Shown here: positions 28,009 through 36,311 of the stretch, in pieces
Numbering within the stretch: the first letter of the stretch is position 1
Layout of the letters: each line of letters starts with the position of its first letter
Source of the DNA: an uncultured virus (IMG/VR IMGVR_UViG_3300024308_000022)
Taxonomy: Duplodnaviria > Heunggongvirae > Uroviricota > Caudoviricetes
Reading direction: 5' to 3' (one strand)
Virus record (IMG/VR): IMGVR_UViG_3300024308_000022
Location: 62,001-116,042 of that record
Length of the DNA stretch: 54,042 nt
Made by a program: the position numbers and the translations under genes
The notes under the pieces: generated by a model
What the model saw: the letters and a program-made list of their open reading frames with translations, nothing else
Told to the model about the DNA's origin: nothing
The model's database searches: none

Positions 28009-28040
28009 CTAGGGTAGGGTAGACCTACCCTAGTATGCCG
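28009..28040 (+). terminator. Terminator-like hairpin
   Basis: CTAGGGTAGG-GTAGA-CCTACCCTAG-TATGCCG. Confidence 0.75.
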
Positions 28041-28093
28041 CTCTAAAGCGTTTATATTTACGATAAACGCATATCACATGTGGAACGTCGTTG

Positions 28094-28106
28094 AGATATA
28101 TATTAT
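28094..28106 (+). promoter_or_regulatory. Putative early phage promoter
   Basis: AGATATATATTAT matches the AGATATANATTAT core; intergenic, ahead of the small-ORF array. Confidence 0.6.
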
Positions 28107-28151
28107 TTCAATGACATTAACCATCTTTCGTAATAAATAGAAGAGGTCTCA

Positions 28152-28562
28152 GTGGACGAACGTTTGCGTGCTACCTTTATAGTAGACTTACTTCCAGCGT
28201 ACACTCGGATGCACCACCGCATCCAACAGATTGTACACACACAGCAAGGACAACACCCCATCTGGTTAGAACATCCTTTCTTTCGAGGACTAGAGGCTAT
28301 CGTGCGTGGGATTTGGCTAGGCGCAATCGACCAGATTGCAGATGAGTACTTACACATCCGTTCTCTCGCAGGAGAACGTCACGTATACCACGAACTCGTA
28401 CAGTGCTCTACTTTACGGATGGAACTTTTGGAGCTGGTGTTCGTTGACGTGTACCGTGAGTTACACCCTGTCTCAACCATGGCGTATGAACACCACCACG
28501 TACCTGACGTGAGTTTCTACGATACCTTTGACGGGAACGTTGCTGTATGCTGGAGGAAATGA
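28152..28562 (+). CDS. Hypothetical protein, array member 1
   Basis: GTG after GAAGAGG. Confidence 0.7.
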   Translation: MDERLRATFIVDLLPAYTRMHHRIQQIVHTQQGQHPIWLEHPFFRGLEAIVRGIWLGAIDQIADEYLHIRSLAGERHVYHELVQCSTLRMELLELVFVDVYRELHPVSTMAYEHHHVPDVSFYDTFDGNVAVCWRK

Positions 28563-28563
28563 A

Positions 28564-28992
28564 ATGTTTAAAACAAAAGAAGAACTAGCCACCATTCTAA
28601 AGGATGGACATCCTGCTTATATAGAAGAGATTCCAGAGAATTTCTTAGGACCACGTACTGAGGAGTTGTTAGAACGCTTGGATGCAAGTCACTACATGGT
28701 GTATAGCGTGTTGGTGGAATCGTTCGTGGAACACAAGCGAGGAACGTGGTACAGTTTATTGCATAATTCCCTGTACAGGTCGTTGGAAGGACAAATAGAA
28801 GACGACGAAGCGTTTAATGCAGTGATCTCCGATATCCTTGATGCGATCTATCCAAGAGCGCAAGAGTATCAGGATTACTTCGAAAGCATCGCGTCGCTCA
28901 TCACTAGCCCCGATGGGATGTTAGTGGTTGAGATCTATGACGAGATGTCGTTTGAATCTCGTACCGTCGTATGGTATCGGTTAGAAGACTAA
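28564..28992 (+). CDS. Hypothetical protein, array member 2
   Basis: ATG 28564 after GGAGG. Confidence 0.7.
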   Translation: MFKTKEELATILKDGHPAYIEEIPENFLGPRTEELLERLDASHYMVYSVLVESFVEHKRGTWYSLLHNSLYRSLEGQIEDDEAFNAVISDILDAIYPRAQEYQDYFESIASLITSPDGMLVVEIYDEMSFESRTVVWYRLED

Positions 28993-29010
28993 AAAGGAAA
29001 CCCACTAGAC

Positions 29011-29859
29011 ATGAATCAGTTAAGCATACCCGATAAATCTGCACAGAAAAAAACGTATATGTTTGACGTGTGGTCACACATCCAAGTGATCCACCAGGCG
29101 CTCTTTCCAGAGTTTCGTTGGGACGCCACACCTACAGGGGACGTTGCAGATCGTATCGTAGAACACACCGTACGGTTTATACTGGACGATGCGAGTTGCG
29201 TGGGGGATTACGTACGGTTAGAAGAAGCGTGGTTGTTAGCAGTCCATGACTTACACCCTGCGTTTATCTTCGATGGGATCGATAACCACGAGTACTCGAC
29301 ACGTGTGTACGATCGTCTACTGGTTCCTTTGAAAGACCAGTTACTGGATGAACTCTCTCGTGCGCTTAAAGTCGCTCCTCACTCCGTGTGGTCGGTGCAC
29401 TGCGATGGTTCTAGTCTGTACATTCAGTACTTAGGAGACGCACGAATCATCGAGTGGGAATTACAGCAAGCCAAACGAACGAAAGAGCAGGTTACGACCG
29501 ATTTACAACTACGGCTTTTCAAACATGAGGTAGAGACAGTACTCAAACCAATTGCTCCGAAAGAACGTATTCTGTCCGTAAGACAAGTCATGGACTTACT
29601 GCAGAGCAATGAATCGTTTTACGTGGCACACAGTAGTTACAGTGGTTTCCTAGCAGAACCCACCGAAGGAAAAGAGTCATTTAAAGTTCAGTTGGCTCAA
29701 GGTGAGAACGAGGCTAAGTTTGACGTATTGGTCAACGACACCGTGCTCTTTACGTACGTAGGCGGAGCACAAGCAAAACTGATCTCTCAAGCAGTAGAAA
29801 CCACCTACGCGCTGGAAGAACTCTCCGCGGTCCTTAAACGTGTCCTTGGGGTGGCGTGA
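29011..29859 (+). CDS. Hypothetical protein, array member 3 (with extra C-terminal domain)
   Basis: AAAAAGGAA RBS; VWSV...LYIQYLGDARI.EWE motif. Confidence 0.75.
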   Translation: MNQLSIPDKSAQKKTYMFDVWSHIQVIHQALFPEFRWDATPTGDVADRIVEHTVRFILDDASCVGDYVRLEEAWLLAVHDLHPAFIFDGIDNHEYSTRVYDRLLVPLKDQLLDELSRALKVAPHSVWSVHCDGSSLYIQYLGDARIIEWELQQAKRTKEQVTTDLQLRLFKHEVETVLKPIAPKERILSVRQVMDLLQSNESFYVAHSSYSGFLAEPTEGKESFKVQLAQGENEAKFDVLVNDTVLFTYVGGAQAKLISQAVETTYALEELSAVLKRVLGVA

Positions 29860-30302
29860 TGCATCCCGTGTCCCCTGAGTACAGTGGTCACGTGCTTTAC
29901 GTTGCGGGAGTACACACCACACTAGCACAGAACGTTAAAACTCTTCTAGGCGGAGAACCGTTCTGGATCAAAGACAGAGAAGACGTCTTACGCAGTCTAC
30001 TGGAAGTGGTGTTTGCTCAACGCTCCAAACAAGACTACATTGACGTAGAGCTTGCACGAGTGTATCACCGTTGTGCTGCAAACTTTAAAGAGTGGCAGTT
30101 GCTGCAAGAGTATCACAACCAAGCGATCAACACGTTGATCTGTTTAATTGCCGATCACATCCAGTACACACCCAACTATCTACTGCACGACTACCGTTTA
30201 CTCAACGACGAGTGGTTAGCGGTAGGGTTTCGTGAACTGGAGTACTCCTGTACAACCGTTACTGTGGATACTGAAACCCCAGTCTTACCGGAGGACTTAT
30301 GA
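29856..30302 (+). CDS. Hypothetical protein, array member 4
   Basis: Translationally coupled overlap with the upstream stop. Confidence 0.7.
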   Translation: MMHPVSPEYSGHVLYVAGVHTTLAQNVKTLLGGEPFWIKDREDVLRSLLEVVFAQRSKQDYIDVELARVYHRCAANFKEWQLLQEYHNQAINTLICLIADHIQYTPNYLLHDYRLLNDEWLAVGFRELEYSCTTVTVDTETPVLPEDL

Positions 30303-30700
30303 CCCCCACGGAGAAATACGTAGTGGTGGTTCCTTTTGAAGACTTACGCGCACCGTTTGGACGGTACTTAGGAACAGGGCTGTATTGGGACATGGTGGTT
30401 CGTGGATGGGAGCTTTTTGTCGAAGCTCCCTACGAAGTACCAGGAGAGTTATACAGCAGTGTGTTGGATCATTACTTGAGTCAACAGCACACCCTCGACC
30501 AAGAAAGTCTTTATCGGTTAAGTGAAGAAACAGCAATCGCTATAGAGATCGAGATCCTCCGTAAAGATCCGATCTTCTCTCTTTACTTAAAACCCTACTT
30601 ACAAAAACCTTGGGGCGTAGAACACGTAGGAAGCTCATATGGAAAACCCACCAGTGAGCTTTACGTGACGTTTGGTACACACCAACCCGTCGGAGTCTAA
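30299..30700 (+). CDS. Hypothetical protein, array member 5
   Basis: GGAGG RBS, ATGA overlap. Confidence 0.7.
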   Translation: MTPTEKYVVVVPFEDLRAPFGRYLGTGLYWDMVVRGWELFVEAPYEVPGELYSSVLDHYLSQQHTLDQESLYRLSEETAIAIEIEILRKDPIFSLYLKPYLQKPWGVEHVGSSYGKPTSELYVTFGTHQPVGV

Positions 30701-30717
30701 GTACTCCGACGCTATGC
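30688..30717 (+). terminator. Hairpin (terminator or processing site)
   Basis: CGTCGGAGT-CTAAGT-ACTCCGACG-CTATGC spanning the stop codon. Confidence 0.55.
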
Positions 30718-30757
30718 TCCTCTTGCTTTGGTTTAGAAAAAAGGAATCCCACCCGCT

Positions 30758-31159
30758 ATGAAAAAGATGTTTATATTCGGTACGTCTCATCTTTTAGAGC
30801 ACGTACTGCAACTAGGAAGAAACCCTGTGTTTAACGACAGTGATATGTTGTTCTTGGTGATCCAGTACTACATGCACCCGGATAACCATCACGCGGTGCA
30901 CATGGGGACTCGCGATCAGCTGTGGGAGCACATCTACCAACAGACGGAACTCTACTGTCGGGACCATCCAGGTGTAGAAATGGAGAAAGTACAAAGTGAA
31001 ATTTGGAACAAGATCATGCAAATGGCTCAGATACTAGAGCCGGAACTGAGGCACTTCTTTAGTATGAACGTCGTAGATATGTACGACTACACTCCAGCAG
31101 AGGTTCATGAAGTCGCAGGTGATCTTTATGTGGTGTTTTATCCAGTGAATGAGGCATAG
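30758..31159 (+). CDS. Hypothetical protein, array member 6
   Basis: AAAAAAGGAA RBS. Confidence 0.7.
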   Translation: MKKMFIFGTSHLLEHVLQLGRNPVFNDSDMLFLVIQYYMHPDNHHAVHMGTRDQLWEHIYQQTELYCRDHPGVEMEKVQSEIWNKIMQMAQILEPELRHFFSMNVVDMYDYTPAEVHEVAGDLYVVFYPVNEA

Positions 31160-31165
31160 TCAACC

Positions 31166-31573
31166 ATGAGTCTGTACAAAACCAATGAAGTCGGGGAAAC
31201 GGTCAAAGCGTACACCAACGCGACTGTGACGTATATCCCCGTGGAGGGCGAGTACGAACGACTTTACGACGACCTCCTCTCGTTGGGGTGGTTTGACGTA
31301 AGAGTCGAAGACGTACTGGTGGAAGCAGCGTTGTGTGCGGTCAATGCACATCGAGGCTATTGGATCAAAGAACACGTGGGGATGGACCCGTTAAAAGCAG
31401 AGGTCATGCGAGACTGTGTCCGTCGCGTAGGAGATCTCTTTGCTCGGTATGGAATCTTCGATGCGGGAGTGCAGTGGCGGGACATCCGTTTAGACGGCGT
31501 GTCTGATTTTGTGTTGTTTGGCGAAATGATCAAAAGGGAATACCATGGGTGTGCTTATAGTCGATCTACGTGA
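31166..31573 (+). CDS. Hypothetical protein, array member 7
   Basis: GAGG RBS; packed operon. Confidence 0.7.
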   Translation: MSLYKTNEVGETVKAYTNATVTYIPVEGEYERLYDDLLSLGWFDVRVEDVLVEAALCAVNAHRGYWIKEHVGMDPLKAEVMRDCVRRVGDLFARYGIFDAGVQWRDIRLDGVSDFVLFGEMIKREYHGCAYSRST

Positions 31574-31850
31574 GGTGGAGTCTGAGTACAATGACTTTCT
31601 TTGTGCGGCCATGCTCACGTACTCGGAGTACGTCGATGACCCACGCTCACACGTTGCATTAAACCTGTCGTTTTCACAACTCTTAACGGAGATTGCTTTA
31701 GGGGTGTTCACTGATCCCTACGGTATACTCAGAGACGTGTACTTGACTGGGAAGTGTTTATTAGAGAAAGTACTGCGGGTGTATCGGTTAGGCAATCCGC
31801 CGTATCGGGTGATGTTATGGGAAGACGACACCGTCGCTATTGAATTTTGA
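31545..31850 (+). CDS. Hypothetical protein, array member 8
   Basis: AAAAGGGA RBS. Confidence 0.7.
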   Translation: MGVLIVDLREVESEYNDFLCAAMLTYSEYVDDPRSHVALNLSFSQLLTEIALGVFTDPYGILRDVYLTGKCLLEKVLRVYRLGNPPYRVMLWEDDTVAIEF

Positions 31851-31864
31851 AAGAGGAGCCCTGT

Positions 31865-32272
31865 ATGGCTTGGCAAGACTATTTCCAACTGCGTAATACC
31901 ATCTCAGCGACGACGTGCGCGCCGAGTGTAATCCCACCGATTATTCGAGCAAAAGCATTGTCGATTGCCGATACCGAAACAGCCGCACAGGCAGGAACGG
32001 ACGTTGCTGCACTGCATGCGAACATCCTACCTTTCTTACCAGATCCAAAACCAAACAGTCCGTATGACTACGAGTGGTTGAAGATCAAAACGATGGATGG
32101 CAGTACACGATTCATTGGCTTACCGTGGCTGGTGGAATCGAGTATCGAAGTCCACACGACAACAAAGTTTGTGATTGAACTCGATGGCGTCGATCCACTG
32201 AAACGTCCATTGGTAGAAGAAGCGTTACAGAGTAATGGGTTTACCATTACGTCTTTTAAAATACAGTCGTAA
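31865..32272 (+). CDS. Conserved Chimalliviridae protein (phiKZ gp049-like)
   Basis: HANI.P.LP...Y.WL......G....IGLPW....SI; directly upstream of the DNA polymerase. Confidence 0.75.
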   Translation: MAWQDYFQLRNTISATTCAPSVIPPIIRAKALSIADTETAAQAGTDVAALHANILPFLPDPKPNSPYDYEWLKIKTMDGSTRFIGLPWLVESSIEVHTTTKFVIELDGVDPLKRPLVEEALQSNGFTITSFKIQS

Positions 32273-32278
32273 TACTAT

Positions 32279-32470
32279 GTAGTTACCTCTGAGGTGAGAA
32301 GTTTTAGAGTCCGTACTTTTCGTGTAGTCTCTAAACCGGTTCCACTTCGGAGGTCATCCTCGCCTCCTGGGGAGTCTACAGCTCGTTGTTTAGTTTTACG
32401 CAATTCTTCCTTCATGAAAATTGGGTTTGATAAACCACCACGAGAGGAGCTATACGCTCCTCTCTTTTTT
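32279..32470 (+). ncRNA. Candidate structured ncRNA B
   Basis: TATG at 32276; 12-bp helix 32285-32296/32343-32354 with two G-U pairs; inner UUUAGAG/CUCUAAA; ends in an intrinsic terminator. Confidence 0.6.
32442..32470 (+). terminator. Intrinsic terminator
   Basis: GAGAGGAGC-TATAC-GCTCCTCTC-T6. Confidence 0.8.
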
Positions 32471-32504
32471 CACGTTTTTTTTTTGACATTGACGACTATG
32501 GTAT

Positions 32505-32620
32505 GTAGACCACGCTGGGTGTCCTTTCGGCGGTGGAATACGACATGTACCTGAACCTCGTCTTTGGCTTTCCCCAATGCCTTAGAGACAAAGGGGGTTT
32601 GCTGACCCCCTCTTTTTTTT
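32505..32620 (+). ncRNA. Candidate structured ncRNA C
   Basis: TATG at 32502; hairpins CCACGCUG/CGGCGGUGG and GUCUUUGGC/GCCUUAGAGAC; own intrinsic terminator. Confidence 0.6.
32592..32620 (+). terminator. Intrinsic terminator
   Basis: AGGGGGTT-TGCT-GACCCCCT-C-T8; a further hairpin ending in TATGCCG follows at 32626-32653. Confidence 0.8.
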
Positions 32621-32716
32621 AGACTAGGGAAGCGGATGCTTCCTTTTATGCCGTCTGTCTTTTTTGACCTTTACGGTCTATCGTTTAGTGCACTGAAATT
32701 ACAAGAGACGTTTACG

Positions 32717-34945
32717 ATGTCCAATCCATTTGTTCTAGCGCCTGAAGAGTATAAGCGCTCGTTAGATTTTTATAAAACGTACGCACGTGACGTTGCGAAG
32801 TACATCAGCTTGCGTACAGGGAAACCCTTCGAAGAAGTTTTAAAATGGGTAGTAGCGAACACCAAACCTGGGAATACAGGAAAGTTTCCTTTTGTAGACC
32901 CGAAGGTAAAGATACTGGAACGTGAGGTTGACGGGGATCGTGAACAGAAATTAGTCCCTTTAACAGAGATTCTCAAAAAAGCAGTACGTTTAGGGTCTGC
33001 GATTGCTCCTAACTTAACGGTGTACGCGAACCCAAAAGTCAAAGAGTCTCTAACCGGACGTTACTTAGTAGGCGAGCTTGCTAACCGAAACAAAAACAAA
33101 GGGTTGATGTTTGACGCGAAACGTGCGGGGAACACACTGATGCAGAACATCTACAACAACCGACAGAACCGAAACAAGATCAAGTGTAACTCAGTCTCAG
33201 GTGCGCATGGTACGAAGTCGTCTGTATTGTGTTTGGTCTCAGCTCACAGTACACTCACCAGTACGTGTCGTAGCGCGTCTTCCAATACAAACGCGAACGT
33301 AGAGCGTTTTCTGTTAGGAAACCGTCACTACTGGAGCTATGAAATCGCACAGCAGAATATCGTCAGTATTGTCAACCACTCCGACTACGACGCTATACGC
33401 GCTGCGATGCAAAAATATAAACTTGGGTATCCAAGTGTAGAGTACACGTTTGAACACGTGTTACGTTCCACGCGGTTGTACTGGAGAAGTCCAGAACTCG
33501 AAGAGAAGCTGCGGTTGTTGGTAGAAGCGTTATCGGACATCGAAAGAGCCGCGTATGTCTATACGGGGTGTATGTACAGCTTAGCGGAGTTACATCCTGA
33601 GTTTGTACGACGTCTACTTGGTGGTTTATCTGAGAAACCTACACAACACATCCCAGCGGAAGAAACGGCTGGGTGGATTAAAAAGTTAGACGAAGACGCT
33701 CAGATCCTGCTAGTGATCATCGCACACCGCGAGCTCGACGGGAAAAAACTCAAGGACGATGACGTTGTGAACGGACCACATTACGGTTGGATTGGTGCGT
33801 TAGCGAAGCAGTTGTACGAAACCGTACAGGACTACGCAGACTTCATCCGTGCGTTTTGGCGTACACCCAACATGCCAGCGAGTATGGCTCACTTTCCTGA
33901 ATCGATACGTAGGTGTGTGGTGGCGTCAGATACTGACTCCAGTATCTTCTCTACCCAGTACTGGACAGAGTGGTATGTCGGGGAGTTGGAGTTTGGTGAA
34001 CGTAGCGCAAACGTGAGTGCTGCGGTCACTTATTTGTGTTCTCAGTTGACCGTACACCTACTGGCGTTGATGTCAGCGAACATGGGTGTGGTGACAGAGA
34101 AAATCCACATGCTGGCAATGAAAAATGAATACAGTTTCCCTGTGTTCTTTTTAACCAGTATGGCAAAACACTACTTTGCAAGCCAAGCCGTAAAAGAAGG
34201 GATTGTCTTTAAGAAACACGAACTGGAGATCAAAGGAGCGACGTTACGGAACTCCAAAGCCCCTACGTACTTAATGGACAAGTCGGATGAACTCATTGAA
34301 ACGATACTGACGACGATTTCCAGTGGGAAGAAAATAGAGCTGCGCGCAATACTGCAGCAAGTCGCAGACGAAGAACACCGTATTAAACACGGGATTGGAA
34401 ACGGCGATTCGTTGTTTTTCTCCACAGCAACCATCAAACCTGCGAAGGGGTACAAAAACGAAAACTCTCCGTATTTGAACTACACGTTATGGCAGGAGGT
34501 CTTTGCACCGAAATACGGAGTCATCACCGAACCTCCGTACCGTGCGATTAAGATGTCGATGTTGACTAATACACCGAACAAAGTCAACACGTGGTTGGAT
34601 TCCCTGCCCGACCAAGACTTAGCCGAACGATTCCGTCAGTGGATGCGTAAATACAACAAAAAGTATTTAACGACTATCTACCTACCCATCAGTTATGCTG
34701 AAGTCCACGGAATCCCAGAAGAGTTACTGGAGATGATGAACTACCGGAAATTGATCTATGGGTTAATGACCAGTTACTATTTGATCTTAGAGTCCTTGGG
34801 GTATTACACCCACGAGAAACATCTAACGAAAATGGTATCAGACTACTTCCCTCCTTCGTGGGGGGTAGACGGCACACCTCCTGTAATAGAAGGTTGGGAG
34901 TCACGTGACATGACTCCGATGGTGGTTTGGAACAGCGAAGAGTAG
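32717..34945 (+). CDS. Family B DNA polymerase, polymerase-domain subunit (phiKZ gp050-like)
   Basis: Motif B K..CNS.SG, motif C SDTDS, AKHY, EIKG; start MSNPF typical of the family. Confidence 0.88.
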   Translation: MSNPFVLAPEEYKRSLDFYKTYARDVAKYISLRTGKPFEEVLKWVVANTKPGNTGKFPFVDPKVKILEREVDGDREQKLVPLTEILKKAVRLGSAIAPNLTVYANPKVKESLTGRYLVGELANRNKNKGLMFDAKRAGNTLMQNIYNNRQNRNKIKCNSVSGAHGTKSSVLCLVSAHSTLTSTCRSASSNTNANVERFLLGNRHYWSYEIAQQNIVSIVNHSDYDAIRAAMQKYKLGYPSVEYTFEHVLRSTRLYWRSPELEEKLRLLVEALSDIERAAYVYTGCMYSLAELHPEFVRRLLGGLSEKPTQHIPAEETAGWIKKLDEDAQILLVIIAHRELDGKKLKDDDVVNGPHYGWIGALAKQLYETVQDYADFIRAFWRTPNMPASMAHFPESIRRCVVASDTDSSIFSTQYWTEWYVGELEFGERSANVSAAVTYLCSQLTVHLLALMSANMGVVTEKIHMLAMKNEYSFPVFFLTSMAKHYFASQAVKEGIVFKKHELEIKGATLRNSKAPTYLMDKSDELIETILTTISSGKKIELRAILQQVADEEHRIKHGIGNGDSLFFSTATIKPAKGYKNENSPYLNYTLWQEVFAPKYGVITEPPYRAIKMSMLTNTPNKVNTWLDSLPDQDLAERFRQWMRKYNKKYLTTIYLPISYAEVHGIPEELLEMMNYRKLIYGLMTSYYLILESLGYYTHEKHLTKMVSDYFPPSWGVDGTPPVIEGWESRDMTPMVVWNSEE

Positions 34946-34951
34946 GAGCAG

Positions 34952-34983
34952 CATAGAGGGAGGCTTTACGCCTCCCTCGTATG
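34952..34983. terminator. Bidirectional terminator-like hairpin
   Basis: CATAGAGGGAGGC-TTTAC-GCCTCCCTCGTATG between convergent genes. Confidence 0.8.
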
Positions 34984-34997
34984 TTTGGTGAGTTTAC

Positions 34998-36230
34998 TTA
35001 CGACTTAGCTAATTCAGCCTTAGCCAACTCGACGTAAGTGATAATCGCTCGACAGAGTCTGATTTTCTGTTTTTGTATAAAGACAGCGTAGGACGCAGCC
35101 GAACTGGATAGTTTAGTCGCTAACATAACAGCATCTTCTGCGGCATCCCATACTTCATCTGGAAATTCTTTATTCTCCAGAGTTCGCGCGAAGCCTACCA
35201 TAGCCTGGTCGAGTGTTTCAGATACAGCCAATAGTCTTTCGGCGGAATTTAAGAGGGAGTCGAGTTCAGAAATGGAGGGGATTGGTACAGTACACTCTTG
35301 GTGCGCCAGGCCCGATTCCGCGTGAAGCAGAGCGAATTGACTCCTCTCTACGAAGTTCGAAGGTCTGATATCACCGAGTGGTTCATAACACCCCAAAGCT
35401 ACATTACCGTACTCCAAATCTAATCTGTGAGTGGGGTATCCACTCACAGCATCTTTCACTACGGTCATACCTTTTAAGGATAACTTGAAATCGGCGCTGG
35501 TGTATTCTGGAACAGCCGTTCCTTGTGTCGCCGCTTGGATGTCTTTACTCACTCGCGTGAACTGGTCTAAGCGTTCCGAGTAGGAATCCATGACGATACC
35601 GAGAGCTTCATCTAAACTCAACATGGCTTTGTTTAAATCAGGTAGTTTACCATCAGAGTCGACCAGAAAGAGAACCTCACGGCTCTTTGTTGTAAACTTT
35701 ACAGGGATCTGTTTGGATTCAGCCTTGTCGCTTTTTGCGGCTTTGATCTCTTTATCTAGTTCCTGAAGTTTTACTTTTTGTTGCTTTATCTCTTCTTTTA
35801 GTTCTTCCGACTTTTTGCTAGAACTACTGAAGAAAGCTTTCAACTTCTTGAGCATCTCTGCGAAGAACTTCTTCACCATCTCCCACACGTCTTTCACGCG
35901 TTTACCGATCGACTCTGGAGAGTAAGTGCTCTCCATACCGGTGCGCAATCCGCCTAAACCTACGCGGTTCAGATGTACACGCGCCAACGCGTTCGCGTAG
36001 CTTAACGCTTCCTGAGACAGTTTACCGTTGTCTGCGTCAGTCTGTACTTGGTTTGCTAAAGCCGACAGTTCGTCATGGACGTCTAACGATTCGTCTAATG
36101 CTTCTTCTACTTCACCTAATTCTGCGGCTGCAGTCTCTACATCGACCGTAGGCTCTTCCGAACCGACCAAACGTTGTTCTACGACCTCAGCACTTTCCAG
36201 CGCTAAAAATCGGTTTAATTTTTTTGACAT
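34998..36230 (-). CDS. Internal head protein with cleavable propeptide (phiKZ paralogous head-protein type)
   Basis: Acidic N-terminus with ALE, SQE, GME, SPE (S/A/G-X-E) sites, then amphipathic helix VKDVWEMVKKFF; TATG at 36267-36264. Confidence 0.75.
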   Translation of the reverse strand: MSKKLNRFLALESAEVVEQRLVGSEEPTVDVETAAAELGEVEEALDESLDVHDELSALANQVQTDADNGKLSQEALSYANALARVHLNRVGLGGLRTGMESTYSPESIGKRVKDVWEMVKKFFAEMLKKLKAFFSSSSKKSEELKEEIKQQKVKLQELDKEIKAAKSDKAESKQIPVKFTTKSREVLFLVDSDGKLPDLNKAMLSLDEALGIVMDSYSERLDQFTRVSKDIQAATQGTAVPEYTSADFKLSLKGMTVVKDAVSGYPTHRLDLEYGNVALGCYEPLGDIRPSNFVERSQFALLHAESGLAHQECTVPIPSISELDSLLNSAERLLAVSETLDQAMVGFARTLENKEFPDEVWDAAEDAVMLATKLSSSAASYAVFIQKQKIRLCRAIITYVELAKAELAKS

Positions 36231-36277
36231 ACACACACCCTTTTGGTTAAATTCTAAACAGTCCATAAAATGACAAG

Positions 36278-36311
36278 CATAAGGAGGGAGCACTACGCTC
36301 CCTCCGTTATG
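36278..36311 (-). terminator. Terminator-like hairpin
   Basis: CATAAGGAGGGAGC-ACTAC-GCTCCCTCCGTTATG overlapping the upstream gene's stop. Confidence 0.7.

Noticed and set aside
32294..32554. 86-aa ORF in the gp049-polymerase spacer
   Set aside because: Runs through a strong terminator and a T-tract, has no convincing RBS and unprotein-like composition
32717..34945. DNA polymerase lacking an obvious exonuclease domain as a truncated gene
   Set aside because: phiKZ-like phages encode the family B polymerase in two separate genes
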